From Ktedonobacterales bacterium (GTDB lineage Bacteria; Chloroflexota; Ktedonobacteria; Ktedonobacterales; JADMIN01), in the NCBI GenBank assembly GCA_036557205.1, contig DATBIB010000125.1, positions 132,468 to 196,467 of the forward strand: DNA of 64,000 nt. Reading direction: 5' to 3'. Position 1 is the stretch's first letter. Each line of letters starts with the position of its first letter. Positions 19,550-28,999 of the stretch are shown one piece after another. Position numbers and translations under genes: made by a program. Below the pieces are notes generated by a model that saw nothing but the letters and a program-made list of their open reading frames with translations, did not search any database and had not been told where the DNA came from.

Positions 19550-21052
19550 CTACGGATACGACACAAACACCGTCTTCGTCTCGCTGAACTCCTCGACCGC
19601 TTTCCAGCCCAACTCGCGGTGGCCGTTGCCGCTCTGCTTCGTCCCGCCGAAGGGCAGGTGCGGCTCCGCGCCGGTCGTCCCCGCGTTGATATAGACCAGC
19701 CCGGCGTTGATGTCACGCATCGCCCGGAAGACCGTCCGCGAGTTCTCCGAGAAGATGGCGCAGGAGAGACCATACATCGTCGAGTTGGCGGTCTCAATCG
19801 CCTCGTCGTAGCTCGCCACTGGCACAATCGAGACGAACGGCCCGAAGACCTCCTCCTGCGAGATGCGCATGCCTTTGGTCGCGTTCGTGAAGACTGTCGG
19901 CGCGTAGAAGGCGCCCTCAGCCAGCGGACCCTCGCTCAGCGGCTGCCCGCCTGTGAGCAGCGTCGCGCCCTCGGCCTTGCCAATCTCCGTGTATTCATGC
20001 ACCGCGCCGACCCGTCCGCGATTGACCAGCGGCCCCATCGTCGTCTCTGGCAGCAGCCCATCGCCCACCTTTAACTTCTCGGCGGCAGCCACCAGCTTCT
20101 CAGCGAACTCCTCCGCCACCGCCTGATGTACGATGACGCGGCTAGTCGCGGTGCAGCGCTGGCCGGTCGTCCCGAAGCCCGCCCACGCCACCGCGGCGAC
20201 CGCCTCATCCAGTCTGGCGTCGTCCATCACGATGACCGCGTTCTTGCCGCCCAGCTCCAGGCTCACCCGGCGCAGATCGCGTCCGCATAGCTCGGCGACG
20301 TGTTTGCCCACCTCGGTCGAGCCGGTCAGCGAGATCATCGCCACGCGCGGATCGGTGACGAGCGCATCGCCCAGCGAGCCACCTGGCCCCGTCACATAGT
20401 TGAGGACGCCAGCAGGTAGCCCCGCCTCGATCAGAATCTCGACCAGGCTGGCGGCAGAGAGCGGCGTATCGCTGGCTGGTTTGAGCACGACCGTATTGCC
20501 CGCCAGCAACGCGGGGAAGGTCTTCCACGCCGGAATCGCCATCGGGAAGTTCCATGGCGTGATGATGCCAACAACGCCCAGCGGCTGGCGGATCGTCATG
20601 TTCATCTTGTCGGGGATGGCCGACGGCACGACATAGCCCTCGGCGCGGCGGCCCTCGCCCGCGATGAACTTGCCGACATCGATCGCCGTCTGCACGTCGC
20701 CCTGCGTCTCGTTGAATGGCTTGCCCATCTCGCGCGTCATCTGGCGGGCCAGCTCGTCGCGCCGCTGCTCCAGTAGCAACGCCGCCCGAAGGATGATCTC
20801 ACCACGCTGGGGCGCGGGCATCTTGCGCCAGGCGGGCAGCGCATCCTCGGCGGCGGCGATGGCATCGGCGATATCGGTCGTGCTCGAGCGCTGGAATCGC
20901 CCGACGACCTCGCTGGTGTGGGCAGGATTGGTGTTGTCGAATAGCTCGCCCGAGGCAGTCGCCCGCCACTCCCCGCCAATGTAGTTCTGATACGTTCGCG
21001 GCGGCTCCGCGCCCGTAGCGGCTGTATCGTTGGCTGATGTCGTCGTCGTCAT
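19550..21052 (-). CDS. NAD(P)-dependent aldehyde dehydrogenase
   Basis: IITPWNFP, VVLKPAS, ELGGKN, GQRCTATSR and EEVFGP are canonical ALDH motifs including the catalytic Cys. The likely start is ATG 21052 (MTTTTSAND) with GGAGGGG upstream; the longest ORF reaches 21097. Confidence 0.93.
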   Translation of the reverse strand: MTTTTSANDTAATGAEPPRTYQNYIGGEWRATASGELFDNTNPAHTSEVVGRFQRSSTTDIADAIAAAEDALPAWRKMPAPQRGEIILRAALLLEQRRDELARQMTREMGKPFNETQGDVQTAIDVGKFIAGEGRRAEGYVVPSAIPDKMNMTIRQPLGVVGIITPWNFPMAIPAWKTFPALLAGNTVVLKPASDTPLSAASLVEILIEAGLPAGVLNYVTGPGGSLGDALVTDPRVAMISLTGSTEVGKHVAELCGRDLRRVSLELGGKNAVIVMDDARLDEAVAAVAWAGFGTTGQRCTATSRVIVHQAVAEEFAEKLVAAAEKLKVGDGLLPETTMGPLVNRGRVGAVHEYTEIGKAEGATLLTGGQPLSEGPLAEGAFYAPTVFTNATKGMRISQEEVFGPFVSIVPVASYDEAIETANSTMYGLSCAIFSENSRTVFRAMRDINAGLVYINAGTTGAEPHLPFGGTKQSGNGHRELGWKAVEEFSETKTVFVSYP

Positions 21053-21264
21053 CGTCTTTTGCCCCTCCGTTGTGGCCCTTGTATGCTCGTCTCTCACTGC
21101 ACGTCAAAGCGCCCGCGGCGGGCATCATATTGGCTGCGCGCGGGCACATACCGACAGTATAGCACGCCACGGCGGGAGAGACGGCTACCCATCTCCGCCC
21201 GCGCCTGCTAGAATGAACGCTCATACGTGGGCGCTTGGGCGGGTCAGGAGCGAGGTAGAGGTTT

Positions 21265-21999
21265 ATGGAGAAGCAATCCGGCATACGCTTAACCGCGCTT
21301 CAGGCGACCTGGCTGCTGGCCGTGCTCATCGGCGTGCCGGTCGGCATCCTGACCATGCGCGACTTTGGCACGCAAGCGGGGCTGCGCTTCGCGGCGTTTA
21401 TGGTGATCGCCTGTCTGCTGTGGACGCTCCTATTGGCCGCGCTACGGCGGCGCATTGGCCCCGAGCCAAACCGCTGGGCGACACTGCTGACGCTGAGCCG
21501 CCTCGTGACGGGCTGCGCGCTGGCGGCCTTCGTCCTCTCTGGCACGCGCGACCGCATGCAGACCGCTGCCATCGTCATGTGGGCGCTGGTCGTGTTGACC
21601 GCGACAGTCAGCGACTGGCTGGACGGCACGCTCGGCCGCCTGGAAGGGTCAACCCGCTTCGCCAGCACGCTCGACATCGAATCCGACTCCTGGCTGACAC
21701 TCTGGAGCGCCGTGGCGGCCATCCTGCTGGGCGGGCTGCCGTGGATCTGTATGCTGCCGCCGGTCGTGCGCTACATCCATCCGGTGCTCGCCCTCAGAGC
21801 GGGAAAGCTGCCGGTCGGGGGCGGCCCCTGGTGGAGTCGCGTGACGGGCATGACCCAGATGGCCGTGCTGATGGCGGGCTTCGCGCCTGTCGTGGGACCG
21901 CTGCGCGACGCCATCCTTGGCATCGTCATCTGGCCCGTCAGCCTGGCGCAGTTGGTCACCATGCTGGCGCTGCTGGCGCTCCGCCGCCGCAAGCAATGA
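21265..21999 (+). CDS. CDP-alcohol phosphatidyltransferase family membrane protein
   Basis: The multi-TM protein carries VSDWLDGTLGRLEGSTRFASTLDIESDS, which matches the D-x2-DG-x2-AR...G-x3-D-x3-D motif. Confidence 0.75.
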   Translation: MEKQSGIRLTALQATWLLAVLIGVPVGILTMRDFGTQAGLRFAAFMVIACLLWTLLLAALRRRIGPEPNRWATLLTLSRLVTGCALAAFVLSGTRDRMQTAAIVMWALVVLTATVSDWLDGTLGRLEGSTRFASTLDIESDSWLTLWSAVAAILLGGLPWICMLPPVVRYIHPVLALRAGKLPVGGGPWWSRVTGMTQMAVLMAGFAPVVGPLRDAILGIVIWPVSLAQLVTMLALLALRRRKQ

Positions 22000-22042
22000 T
22001 AGCGTCGATAGCGTTCGTTCGGCGCGAATTGGGGGAAACGCC

Positions 22043-22072
22043 TTGCGCGCGGGAAACACGCTATGTTATACT
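22043..22072 (+). promoter_or_regulatory. promoter candidate (TTGCGC-18-TGtTATACT) for rpmI-rplT
   Basis: TTGCGC at 22043-22048, extended -10 TGtTATACT at 22064-22072. This leaves a GC-rich leader of about 90 nt before rpmI. Confidence 0.45.
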
Positions 22073-22164
22073 GACTTGGTGCGCGGCGTTCGGGCGGAGA
22101 TGTGTGGAGAGTGCCGGCCCAGTCGCCAGAAGGCGCCCTACATTCAGGGCCGGAGTGAAAACAC

Positions 22165-22368
22165 ATGAAGAAATACAAGATGAAGACGCATAAGGCAACC
22201 GCCAAGCGCGTCCGCATGACCGGGGGCGGCAAGTTCATGCACCTCAAAGGCGCACGCACCAAGTACCGCCGTAAGAAGGATCCGACGCGCAATCGCTCGC
22301 TGAGCCAGCCGACGGTGCTCTCGCAGGGCGATACGCGCAAGATGACACGATTGCTGCCGTATAGCTAA
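22165..22368 (+). CDS. rpmI: 50S ribosomal protein L35
   Basis: MKKYKMKTHKATAKRVRMTGGGKFMHLKG... is an unmistakable L35 sequence. Confidence 0.95.
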   Translation: MKKYKMKTHKATAKRVRMTGGGKFMHLKGARTKYRRKKDPTRNRSLSQPTVLSQGDTRKMTRLLPYS

Positions 22369-22437
22369 AAACTGGCTGTATCCTGGCAGGCGGTGTGCTG
22401 TCCGGTTGTGCGCCGGGCACCGAGGTGGAGAGAAACA

Positions 22438-22809
22438 ATGCCACGAGTGAAGCGGGGCGTGACATCCCGCAAGAAGCATAAGAAGGTCTTGCAGCGTACC
22501 GAGGGACACTGGGGCGCGCGGCATCGCCTGATCAAAACAGCGCGTGAGTCGATGTTCCACTCGCTGCAATACTCCTATCGCGACCGGCGCAATCGCAAGC
22601 GCGACATGCGCACGCTCTGGATCACACGCATCAACGCGGGCGCGCGGCTCTATGGCATGAGCTACCGCGATCTGATCCACGGTCTGAAGCTGGCGAATGT
22701 GGCCGTGGACCGCAAGATTATGGCCGACATGGCCGTCCGCGACCTCAAGGGCTTTGGCGCGATCGTTGAGGCGGCGCGCACCGGACTGGCCCAGAAAGCC
22801 ACGGCCTAG
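22438..22809 (+). CDS. rplT: 50S ribosomal protein L20
   Basis: MPRVKRGVTSRKKHKKVLQRTEGHWGARHRLIKTARE...YRDRRNRKRDMRTLWITRINAG is a canonical L20 sequence. ATG at 22438. Confidence 0.97.
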   Translation: MPRVKRGVTSRKKHKKVLQRTEGHWGARHRLIKTARESMFHSLQYSYRDRRNRKRDMRTLWITRINAGARLYGMSYRDLIHGLKLANVAVDRKIMADMAVRDLKGFGAIVEAARTGLAQKATA

Positions 22810-22917
22810 ACCTTACTACCCGATACCAGGCGCCGCGCGACGACAAGAGTCCGTGAGGCGCCTTTTCGTGTTTGCGGATAGTCGTGGTATGAGACGACGA
22901 GATGCAGGACAGAGGCG

Positions 22918-23805
22918 ATGATTAGCAGTCCATCCAACCGGCACGTGCAGGAGCTGCACGCGCTGCACACGCTCAAAGGGCGCGAGACAGCCGGAGCCTT
23001 TCTCATCGAGGGGCCACACCTGCTGGACGCCGCGCTCGATGCCCATGTCCTGCCGCGGCTCGTCCTCTACGACCCGGAGGCGCTGGAGCGCACCGCGGCG
23101 GGGCGGCGCACGCTTGGACGCATCGAGGAGGCGCGGGCGCACGGCGTCGAGACGCTCGAAGCGACGGGAGCGGCTATCGAGCGCGCCAGCGATACGCGCA
23201 CGCCGCAAGGGGTGGTGGCCTCGGTCGCCCTGGCGGATGTCACCGCAGACAAGGTGCGCGCGCGACGACGGGGACGCGCCCGTCCGCTGCTGGTGGTGCT
23301 GGATGCCATTTCCGACCCCGGCAACATGGGCACCATTCTCCGCTCGGCGCTGGCTGCCGATGTGGATGAGGTGCTAATCGCGCCAGGCTGCTCTGACCCG
23401 CTCGCGCCAAAGGTCGTGCGGGCGGGCGCGGGCGCGCACTTCTTTCTGCCCGTGCGCATCGGTCTGGACTGGGAGGCCATTGGCAAATGGGTGCATGGCG
23501 CGCCATCGGTTCGGCAGATTCTGCTGGCGGAGGCCGAAGGCACGCGCGCCTACGATAGCTTCGACCTGACGGTGCGCACCGCGCTGGTCATCTGTAACGA
23601 GGCGCATGGAGCGTCGCCCGAGGCGGCGCGGCTCTCCAAGCTCCACGTCAGCATCCCAATGTGGAACAAAGTGGAGTCACTCAATGCAGCGGTGGCCGCG
23701 AGTGTGATACTCTTTGAAGCAGCACGCCAGCGTCGGGTGCGCGAGTCCGAAAAGGCGCAGGCATCAGGCGATGTCGGTGAATCAGGATTTGACGAGCAAT
23801 CATAG
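22918..23805 (+). CDS. TrmH/SpoU family RNA 2'-O-methyltransferase
   Basis: LVVLDAISDPGNMGTILRSA, ICNEAHGAS and IPMWNKVESLNAAVAASVILFE are SpoU-TrmH motifs. Its position upstream of pheS matches the arrangement known in Bacillus (ysgA-pheST). Confidence 0.88.
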   Translation: MISSPSNRHVQELHALHTLKGRETAGAFLIEGPHLLDAALDAHVLPRLVLYDPEALERTAAGRRTLGRIEEARAHGVETLEATGAAIERASDTRTPQGVVASVALADVTADKVRARRRGRARPLLVVLDAISDPGNMGTILRSALAADVDEVLIAPGCSDPLAPKVVRAGAGAHFFLPVRIGLDWEAIGKWVHGAPSVRQILLAEAEGTRAYDSFDLTVRTALVICNEAHGASPEAARLSKLHVSIPMWNKVESLNAAVAASVILFEAARQRRVRESEKAQASGDVGESGFDEQS

Positions 23806-23829
23806 CACAACAATCAAATAGAGAGGCGA

Positions 23830-24110
23830 CGACGGAGAGAGTAGGCGGAGACGACGATCAGGGAGCCAGGGTCAGCGACTGAAAGCCCCGGCGCGCGCGA
23901 ATCCGACCGAAGTTCACTCCCGAGCAGACGGCTGAAGTATGACGCAGGTGCACAGACACCCGCGCCGTGATGCGTAGGCCATCCGGTAGCCCACCGTTAT
24001 CGAGGCAAGCAGAGAGGAGCGTGCGGCTATCCGCGACGCTCAATGTGGGTGGTACCACGGAGTATACGGCAACTTCGTCCCTGGACGAGGCTGCCGTTTT
24101 TGTTTGTTTG
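23830..24110 (+). promoter_or_regulatory. T-box riboswitch leader (Phe specifier UUC) with intrinsic terminator, upstream of pheS
   Basis: The T-box core AATGTGGGTGGTACCACG lies at 24042-24059. The terminator is GGCAACUUCGUC-CCUG-GACGAGGCUGCC (24068-24095) followed by GUUUUUGUUUGUUU. AGAGAG lies near the 5' end. GAAG-TTC-A at 23913-23915 is the candidate Phe specifier. Confidence 0.8.
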
Positions 24111-24121
24111 GGAGGCGAAAC

Positions 24122-25162
24122 ATGGCGACCGATGAGGAACGCCAGCTTGAGGCGATGCGCGAGCGGGCGCACGCCGAGTTGGAGCATCTGAACACCACCG
24201 AGGCGCTCGAAGACTGGCGCACCCGCTACCTGGGACGGGAGCGCGGCGAACTGACCGCCGTGCTGAAAGGGCTAGGCAAGCTGCCCGGCGAGCAGCGTAA
24301 AATCGTCGGGCAGGCGGCCAACACCGTCAAGACGGAGCTGGAGGCGCTGCTGGAGGCGCGACGCCAGGCCGTCCAGGCGCAGGAGCGCGCCGCCATCCTG
24401 GAACGCGAGCGCGTGGACGTGACGCTGCCGGGCGCGGCGATGCCCGTCGGGCACGTGCATCCGCTCTCGCAGGTGATGCGCGATATCGCCCGCACGATGA
24501 AAGCGATGGGCTTCCAGCAGTACGACGGGCCGGAGGTCGAAACCGACTACTATAACTTCCAATCGCTCAATCTCCCGCCAGACCATCCCGCGCGCGACAT
24601 GCAGGATACCTACTGGATCGCGCCGGGGCAAATCCTGCTGCGGACGCAGACCTCGCCGAATCAGGTGCGCATCATGGAGAGCATGCGCCCACCCGTGCGC
24701 GCCTATGTCATGGGCAAGGTCTACCGCAACGAGGCGATTGATGCCAGCCACGAGGCCGTCTTTCATCAGGTCGAGGGTCTGCTGATCGACGAGACCTGCA
24801 CTATGGCCGACTTGCGCGGCGTGCTGGAGCGCTTCGCCCGCGAGATGTTCGGCGGCGAGCGTAAGATTCGCTTCCGTCCAAGCTACTTCCCGTTCACAGA
24901 GCCGAGCGCCGAGTTCGACGTAGATTGCATGACCTGCAAAGGCAAGGGCTGCCGCGTCTGCAAATACTCCGGCTGGCTGGAGATGGGCGGCTCCGGCATG
25001 GTAGACCCGCGCGTGCTGCGTGGCGTTGGCTACGACCCGTCGGTCTATCGCGGCTTCGCCTTCGGCCTGGGCATCGAGCGCATTGCCATGCTGCGCTGGG
25101 ATATCGACGACATCCGCCAGTTCATGAGCAACGATCTGCGCTTCCTGCGCCAGCTTACCTAG
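24122..25162 (+). CDS. pheS: phenylalanine--tRNA ligase alpha subunit
   Basis: HPLSQVMRDI, PPDHPARDMQDTYW, LLRTQTSPNQVR, FRPSYFPFTEPSAEFDV and GSGMVDPRVL are class II PheS motifs. ATG 24122 follows GGGAGG. Confidence 0.96.
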   Translation: MATDEERQLEAMRERAHAELEHLNTTEALEDWRTRYLGRERGELTAVLKGLGKLPGEQRKIVGQAANTVKTELEALLEARRQAVQAQERAAILERERVDVTLPGAAMPVGHVHPLSQVMRDIARTMKAMGFQQYDGPEVETDYYNFQSLNLPPDHPARDMQDTYWIAPGQILLRTQTSPNQVRIMESMRPPVRAYVMGKVYRNEAIDASHEAVFHQVEGLLIDETCTMADLRGVLERFAREMFGGERKIRFRPSYFPFTEPSAEFDVDCMTCKGKGCRVCKYSGWLEMGGSGMVDPRVLRGVGYDPSVYRGFAFGLGIERIAMLRWDIDDIRQFMSNDLRFLRQLT

Positions 25163-25189
25163 CGTCTAGCGGATAGAGGAGCATACACC

Positions 25190-26224
25190 ATGCATCTGCG
25201 AATCGCGCTGCTGGGCTACGGCAACGTCGGGCGCGCCCTGATTGCCCTGCTCGCCGAGAAGGCCGACGTCCTGCGCGACCGGCACAACCTGACGCTGGGC
25301 GTCACCGGCATCATGACCCGGCGCGCTGGCGGCTGGCTGGCGCCCAAAGGCAAGGGCATTAGCCCGGCGGACGTTCGGGCTTCCGGCTGGCCTGAGGATG
25401 GATTACCGGTCGGCGCCGAGTCGTTTTCCGGCGGCAGTATCGCCTTTGTGGGGCTGGCGCCGTGCGATGTGCTGGTCGAGCTAACGACACTGGACGCCCA
25501 GACCGGCCAGCCTGCGCTCGAACATGTGCGCCGTGCACTATCAGCCAGAAAGTCGGTTGTGACGGCCAACAAAGGGCCAATTGCGCACGCCTACCGCGAT
25601 TTGCGGGCGCTGGCGGAGCAACAGGGCGTCGCGCTGCGCTTCGAGTCGACGGTGATGGATGGGACTCCCATCTTCAACATGGCCGCCGCCTCGCTGCCAG
25701 CGACCACCATTGCAGGCTTCCGTGGAACGCTCAACAGCACCAGTAACTACGTCTTGAGCCGGATGGCGCAGGGCGAAACGCTGGAAGAGGCAGTGAGCGG
25801 CGCGCAACAGCTGGGTATCGCCGAGGCCAACCCCGCCAACGACCTGGAGGGCTGGGACGCCGCCGTCAAGGTGACCGTGCTGGCAAATGTGCTGCTGGGC
25901 ACCGACCTGCGTCCAGCCGATGTGCTGCGCGATGGGCTGGGCGCCGAGGCGATGCGCCAGGCGCAGGCGGCGCTCCTACCCGGCCAGACGCTCAAGCAGG
26001 TGGCCGAGGCCGAGCGTAAAGGCGATACTATCAAAGCTCGCGTCCGCCTGGAGACGCTGTCGCCGGGTGATATGCTGGCCCATCTCTCCGGCGTGGAGGC
26101 TGGGCTAACCCTGCGCACCGACACCATGGGCGACCTGACGATCATCGAGGGCGAGGGCGGGCCGGGCCAGACAGCGCACGGCGTGATGGCCGACCTGGTA
26201 GCCGTCGCACGCCAGACAGCTTGA
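25190..26224 (+). CDS. homoserine dehydrogenase family protein (short form, no ACT domain)
   Basis: IALLGYGNVGRALIALL is a Rossmann motif. VVTANKGPIA, FESTVMDGTPIF and GTLNSTSNYVL are homoserine dehydrogenase catalytic-domain signatures. Confidence 0.8.
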   Translation: MHLRIALLGYGNVGRALIALLAEKADVLRDRHNLTLGVTGIMTRRAGGWLAPKGKGISPADVRASGWPEDGLPVGAESFSGGSIAFVGLAPCDVLVELTTLDAQTGQPALEHVRRALSARKSVVTANKGPIAHAYRDLRALAEQQGVALRFESTVMDGTPIFNMAAASLPATTIAGFRGTLNSTSNYVLSRMAQGETLEEAVSGAQQLGIAEANPANDLEGWDAAVKVTVLANVLLGTDLRPADVLRDGLGAEAMRQAQAALLPGQTLKQVAEAERKGDTIKARVRLETLSPGDMLAHLSGVEAGLTLRTDTMGDLTIIEGEGGPGQTAHGVMADLVAVARQTA

Positions 26225-26277
26225 TTCGCCGGAGCTTTAGTCTCCGGCAGGCTCGATAGAAGTGGATAGGAAATGCT

Positions 26278-28890
26278 ATGCGTGTACCCTACAACTGGCT
26301 CAAAGACTACGTCGATATCACCCTTTCGCCCGAAGATCTGGCCGAGCGGCTCACGATGGCTGGGCTGGAGGTAGACCGGGTCGAATATCCCTGGCCTGGA
26401 ATCGTCACCGCCCAGATCATCTGGCTGGAGCGTGTCAAAGGCTCGGACCACCTCAGCGCGACCCGCGTCACCGACGGCACGAACGAATACAGCGTCGTCT
26501 GCGGCGCGTCCAATATCAAGCTGCACGACAAGGCGCCACTGGCGCGGCTTGGCGCGCGGGTGGGCGAGATCGTCATTGCCGAGAAGACGGCGATGGGCGT
26601 GCTCTCGCAGGGGATGCTTTGTTCGCCGCGTGAGCTGGGCCTGAGCGACGACCACAGCGGCATCTACATCCTGCCCAAAGACACGCCGCTGGGCATCCCG
26701 CTGGGCAAACTGCTCGGCGAAGCGATGATCGACCTCGACATCAAGGCTCATCGCGGCGACCTCTTCTGCGTGGTCGGCGTCGCGCGCGAGGTAGCTGCCT
26801 TCACTGGCAAAACGCTACGCCTGCCAGAGACAGTAGTGAAGGAGAAGGGGAAAGCCGCCGACAAACAGATGACGCTGGAGGTGCGCGACCCTGATCTCTG
26901 CCCGCGCTACACCGCACGCGTCGTCCGCGACGTGAAGATCGGTCCCTCGCCGCAGTGGATGGCAGACCGGCTGACGGCGGCAGGCATGCGGCCCATCAAC
27001 AATGTCGTGGACATCACCAACTACGTCATGCTGGAGCTTGGTCAGCCGCTCCACGCCTTCGACTACGACAAAGTGACAGACCACACGATCATCGTGCGTC
27101 GCGCGACACCTGGCGAGCAACTTACGACGCTGGACGATGTCACCCGCACCCTGACCGACGAGATGCTGCTGATTACCGATCCCGCCGGACCAACGGTCAT
27201 CGCGGGCATCTTCGGCGGCTCGCGGGTCGAAGTCTCGGATGTGACGACCAACATCCTGCTGGAGGCGGCGCACTTCGCTCCGGGCAACATCCGCCGGACC
27301 AGTCAGGCGCTCGGCCTGCGCACGGAATCCTCGGGCCGCTTCGAGAAGAATCCCGACATCAACCTGACCGCCATCGCGATTGATCGGGCGGCGCGGCTGC
27401 TCACCGAACTGGCGGGCGGTGTGGTCGCGCCTGGGCGGGTGGACTTCTACCCAAAACCCGTTGAGGAGCATGAGATTGACTTCGCGGTGAGCCAGGTCGA
27501 GTGGCTGACCGGCATGCAGGTGACGCCCACCGAGGTCGAAGACGTGCTGCGCGCCCTCGGATTCGGCGTTGCCGAGGGCAAGGAAGATGACAGCGATGTC
27601 ACGCTGCGTGTCACCGTTCCAACGCGCCGACACGATGTGGAGGAGAGCGCCGACATCGTCGAGGAGGTCGCCCGCATCGTCGGATTCGACCGCATTCCCG
27701 GCACGATTCCGTCTGGGCCGCTGCCCACGCCACACCACGATATCTGGTACGAGCGTGCGGATAAGCTCCGCGATGTGCTGGTGGGCGCGGGTCTGACCGA
27801 GATAGTCAGTTATCCGCTGACCAGCCGCGAGCGTATGGCGCATCTGCTGCGCGGCGCAACGTCGGGCGAAGAGCAGCTTCTTGGCGCGCCGGTGGCTGCC
27901 CCCTCCCCTGACCCTTCCCCCATGGGGAAAGGGGAAATAGATACACGCAAGGCCGAGCGGCGCCAGTTTGCCGCGCTGGCCGAGCGGTTGCCCGCCATCA
28001 CGCTGGTCAATCCGGCAAGCGCTGAGGTCGAGGCGCTACGGCTGACGCTGATGGCCAGTCTGCTCGAAACGATTGCCGAGAACAGCAAGCACGAGAGCGC
28101 GGGCCTGTGGTTCTTCGAGTTGGGTCGGCGCTATCTGCCTATCGAGGCGCTACGCGACGGCTCCGGGCTGCCGCAGGAGCGTCACACGCTTGGCGTCGGC
28201 GCGACTGGCCCCATGGCAACCGCGTGGACTGGCGACGTACGGACAGCAGACTTCTTCGCGATCAAGGGGATCGCCGAGCTACTGCTGGCGACTCTTAAGG
28301 TGGCGGACTATCGCTTCGTGCCAGGCGCGCATCCCACCTTCCACCCGGGCCGCTGCGCCATCCTCGAAGTTGGCGTTTCTGGCACGGCGCTTGCTGATGC
28401 TGCGGAAGCGACCAAGGGGACAGATGGGCTATCGCTGCCCGCGGCGCGTGACAATCTGGTATGGGTAGCCGCCGCCGTCCTGGGCGAGGTCCATCCAGAG
28501 GTAGCGGAGCGGTTCGACCTGACGGCGCGCACCTGCCTGATGGAACTGGATCTGGAGCGGCTCTATCTGGCGGCGCCTGAAGTAGTTTTCAGCCAGGCGG
28601 TATTACGCTATCCAGCGGCCCAGCGCGACCTTGCAATTGTGGTCGACGCCAGCGTGCCCGCCGCGCGCGTGCTCGATACCATCAGAGTGGCTGGGAGCGA
28701 TCTGTTACGTGGCGCCGTGTTGTTCGACGTGTATACTGGGAAGGGCATTCCAGAGGGCAAAAAAAACCTGGCGTATGCGCTCACCTACCAATCGCCGGAG
28801 CGAACGCTGACCGATCAGGAGGTCGAGGGCGCGCATGCGGAGATTGTGAAGGCGCTGGGGGCAGCGTTTGGCGCGGAACTGCGGACGTAG
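26278..28890 (+). CDS. pheT: phenylalanine--tRNA ligase beta subunit
   Basis: 870 aa. MRVPYNWLKDYVDI, the tRNA-binding domain, B3/4 (MRPINNVVDITNYVMLELGQPLHAFD), B5 (FFELGRRY) and the FDX-ACB C-terminus (LFDVYTGKGIPEGKKNLAYALTYQ) are all present. Confidence 0.95.
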   Translation: MRVPYNWLKDYVDITLSPEDLAERLTMAGLEVDRVEYPWPGIVTAQIIWLERVKGSDHLSATRVTDGTNEYSVVCGASNIKLHDKAPLARLGARVGEIVIAEKTAMGVLSQGMLCSPRELGLSDDHSGIYILPKDTPLGIPLGKLLGEAMIDLDIKAHRGDLFCVVGVAREVAAFTGKTLRLPETVVKEKGKAADKQMTLEVRDPDLCPRYTARVVRDVKIGPSPQWMADRLTAAGMRPINNVVDITNYVMLELGQPLHAFDYDKVTDHTIIVRRATPGEQLTTLDDVTRTLTDEMLLITDPAGPTVIAGIFGGSRVEVSDVTTNILLEAAHFAPGNIRRTSQALGLRTESSGRFEKNPDINLTAIAIDRAARLLTELAGGVVAPGRVDFYPKPVEEHEIDFAVSQVEWLTGMQVTPTEVEDVLRALGFGVAEGKEDDSDVTLRVTVPTRRHDVEESADIVEEVARIVGFDRIPGTIPSGPLPTPHHDIWYERADKLRDVLVGAGLTEIVSYPLTSRERMAHLLRGATSGEEQLLGAPVAAPSPDPSPMGKGEIDTRKAERRQFAALAERLPAITLVNPASAEVEALRLTLMASLLETIAENSKHESAGLWFFELGRRYLPIEALRDGSGLPQERHTLGVGATGPMATAWTGDVRTADFFAIKGIAELLLATLKVADYRFVPGAHPTFHPGRCAILEVGVSGTALADAAEATKGTDGLSLPAARDNLVWVAAAVLGEVHPEVAERFDLTARTCLMELDLERLYLAAPEVVFSQAVLRYPAAQRDLAIVVDASVPAARVLDTIRVAGSDLLRGAVLFDVYTGKGIPEGKKNLAYALTYQSPERTLTDQEVEGAHAEIVKALGAAFGAELRT
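27898..27940. repeat. G-rich hairpin repeat variant lying in frame inside pheT
   Basis: GCCCCCTCCCCTGACCCTTCCCCCATGGGGAAAGGGGAAATAG contains the stem CCCTTCCCC/GGGGAAAGG. It translates as APSPDPSPMGKGEID within a roughly 35-40-aa extra segment before the conserved NPAS motif. Confidence 0.75.
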
Positions 28891-28999
28891 CAAGGAGGAA
28901 CGCGGCCATTATTGGGTTGGAGGAAAGGCAAGAAGACCTCGTAAGGCCAAGCTTGCCTTCATTGGTGCAGTGCATCAGATAATTCCACGGAGAGGCTGA

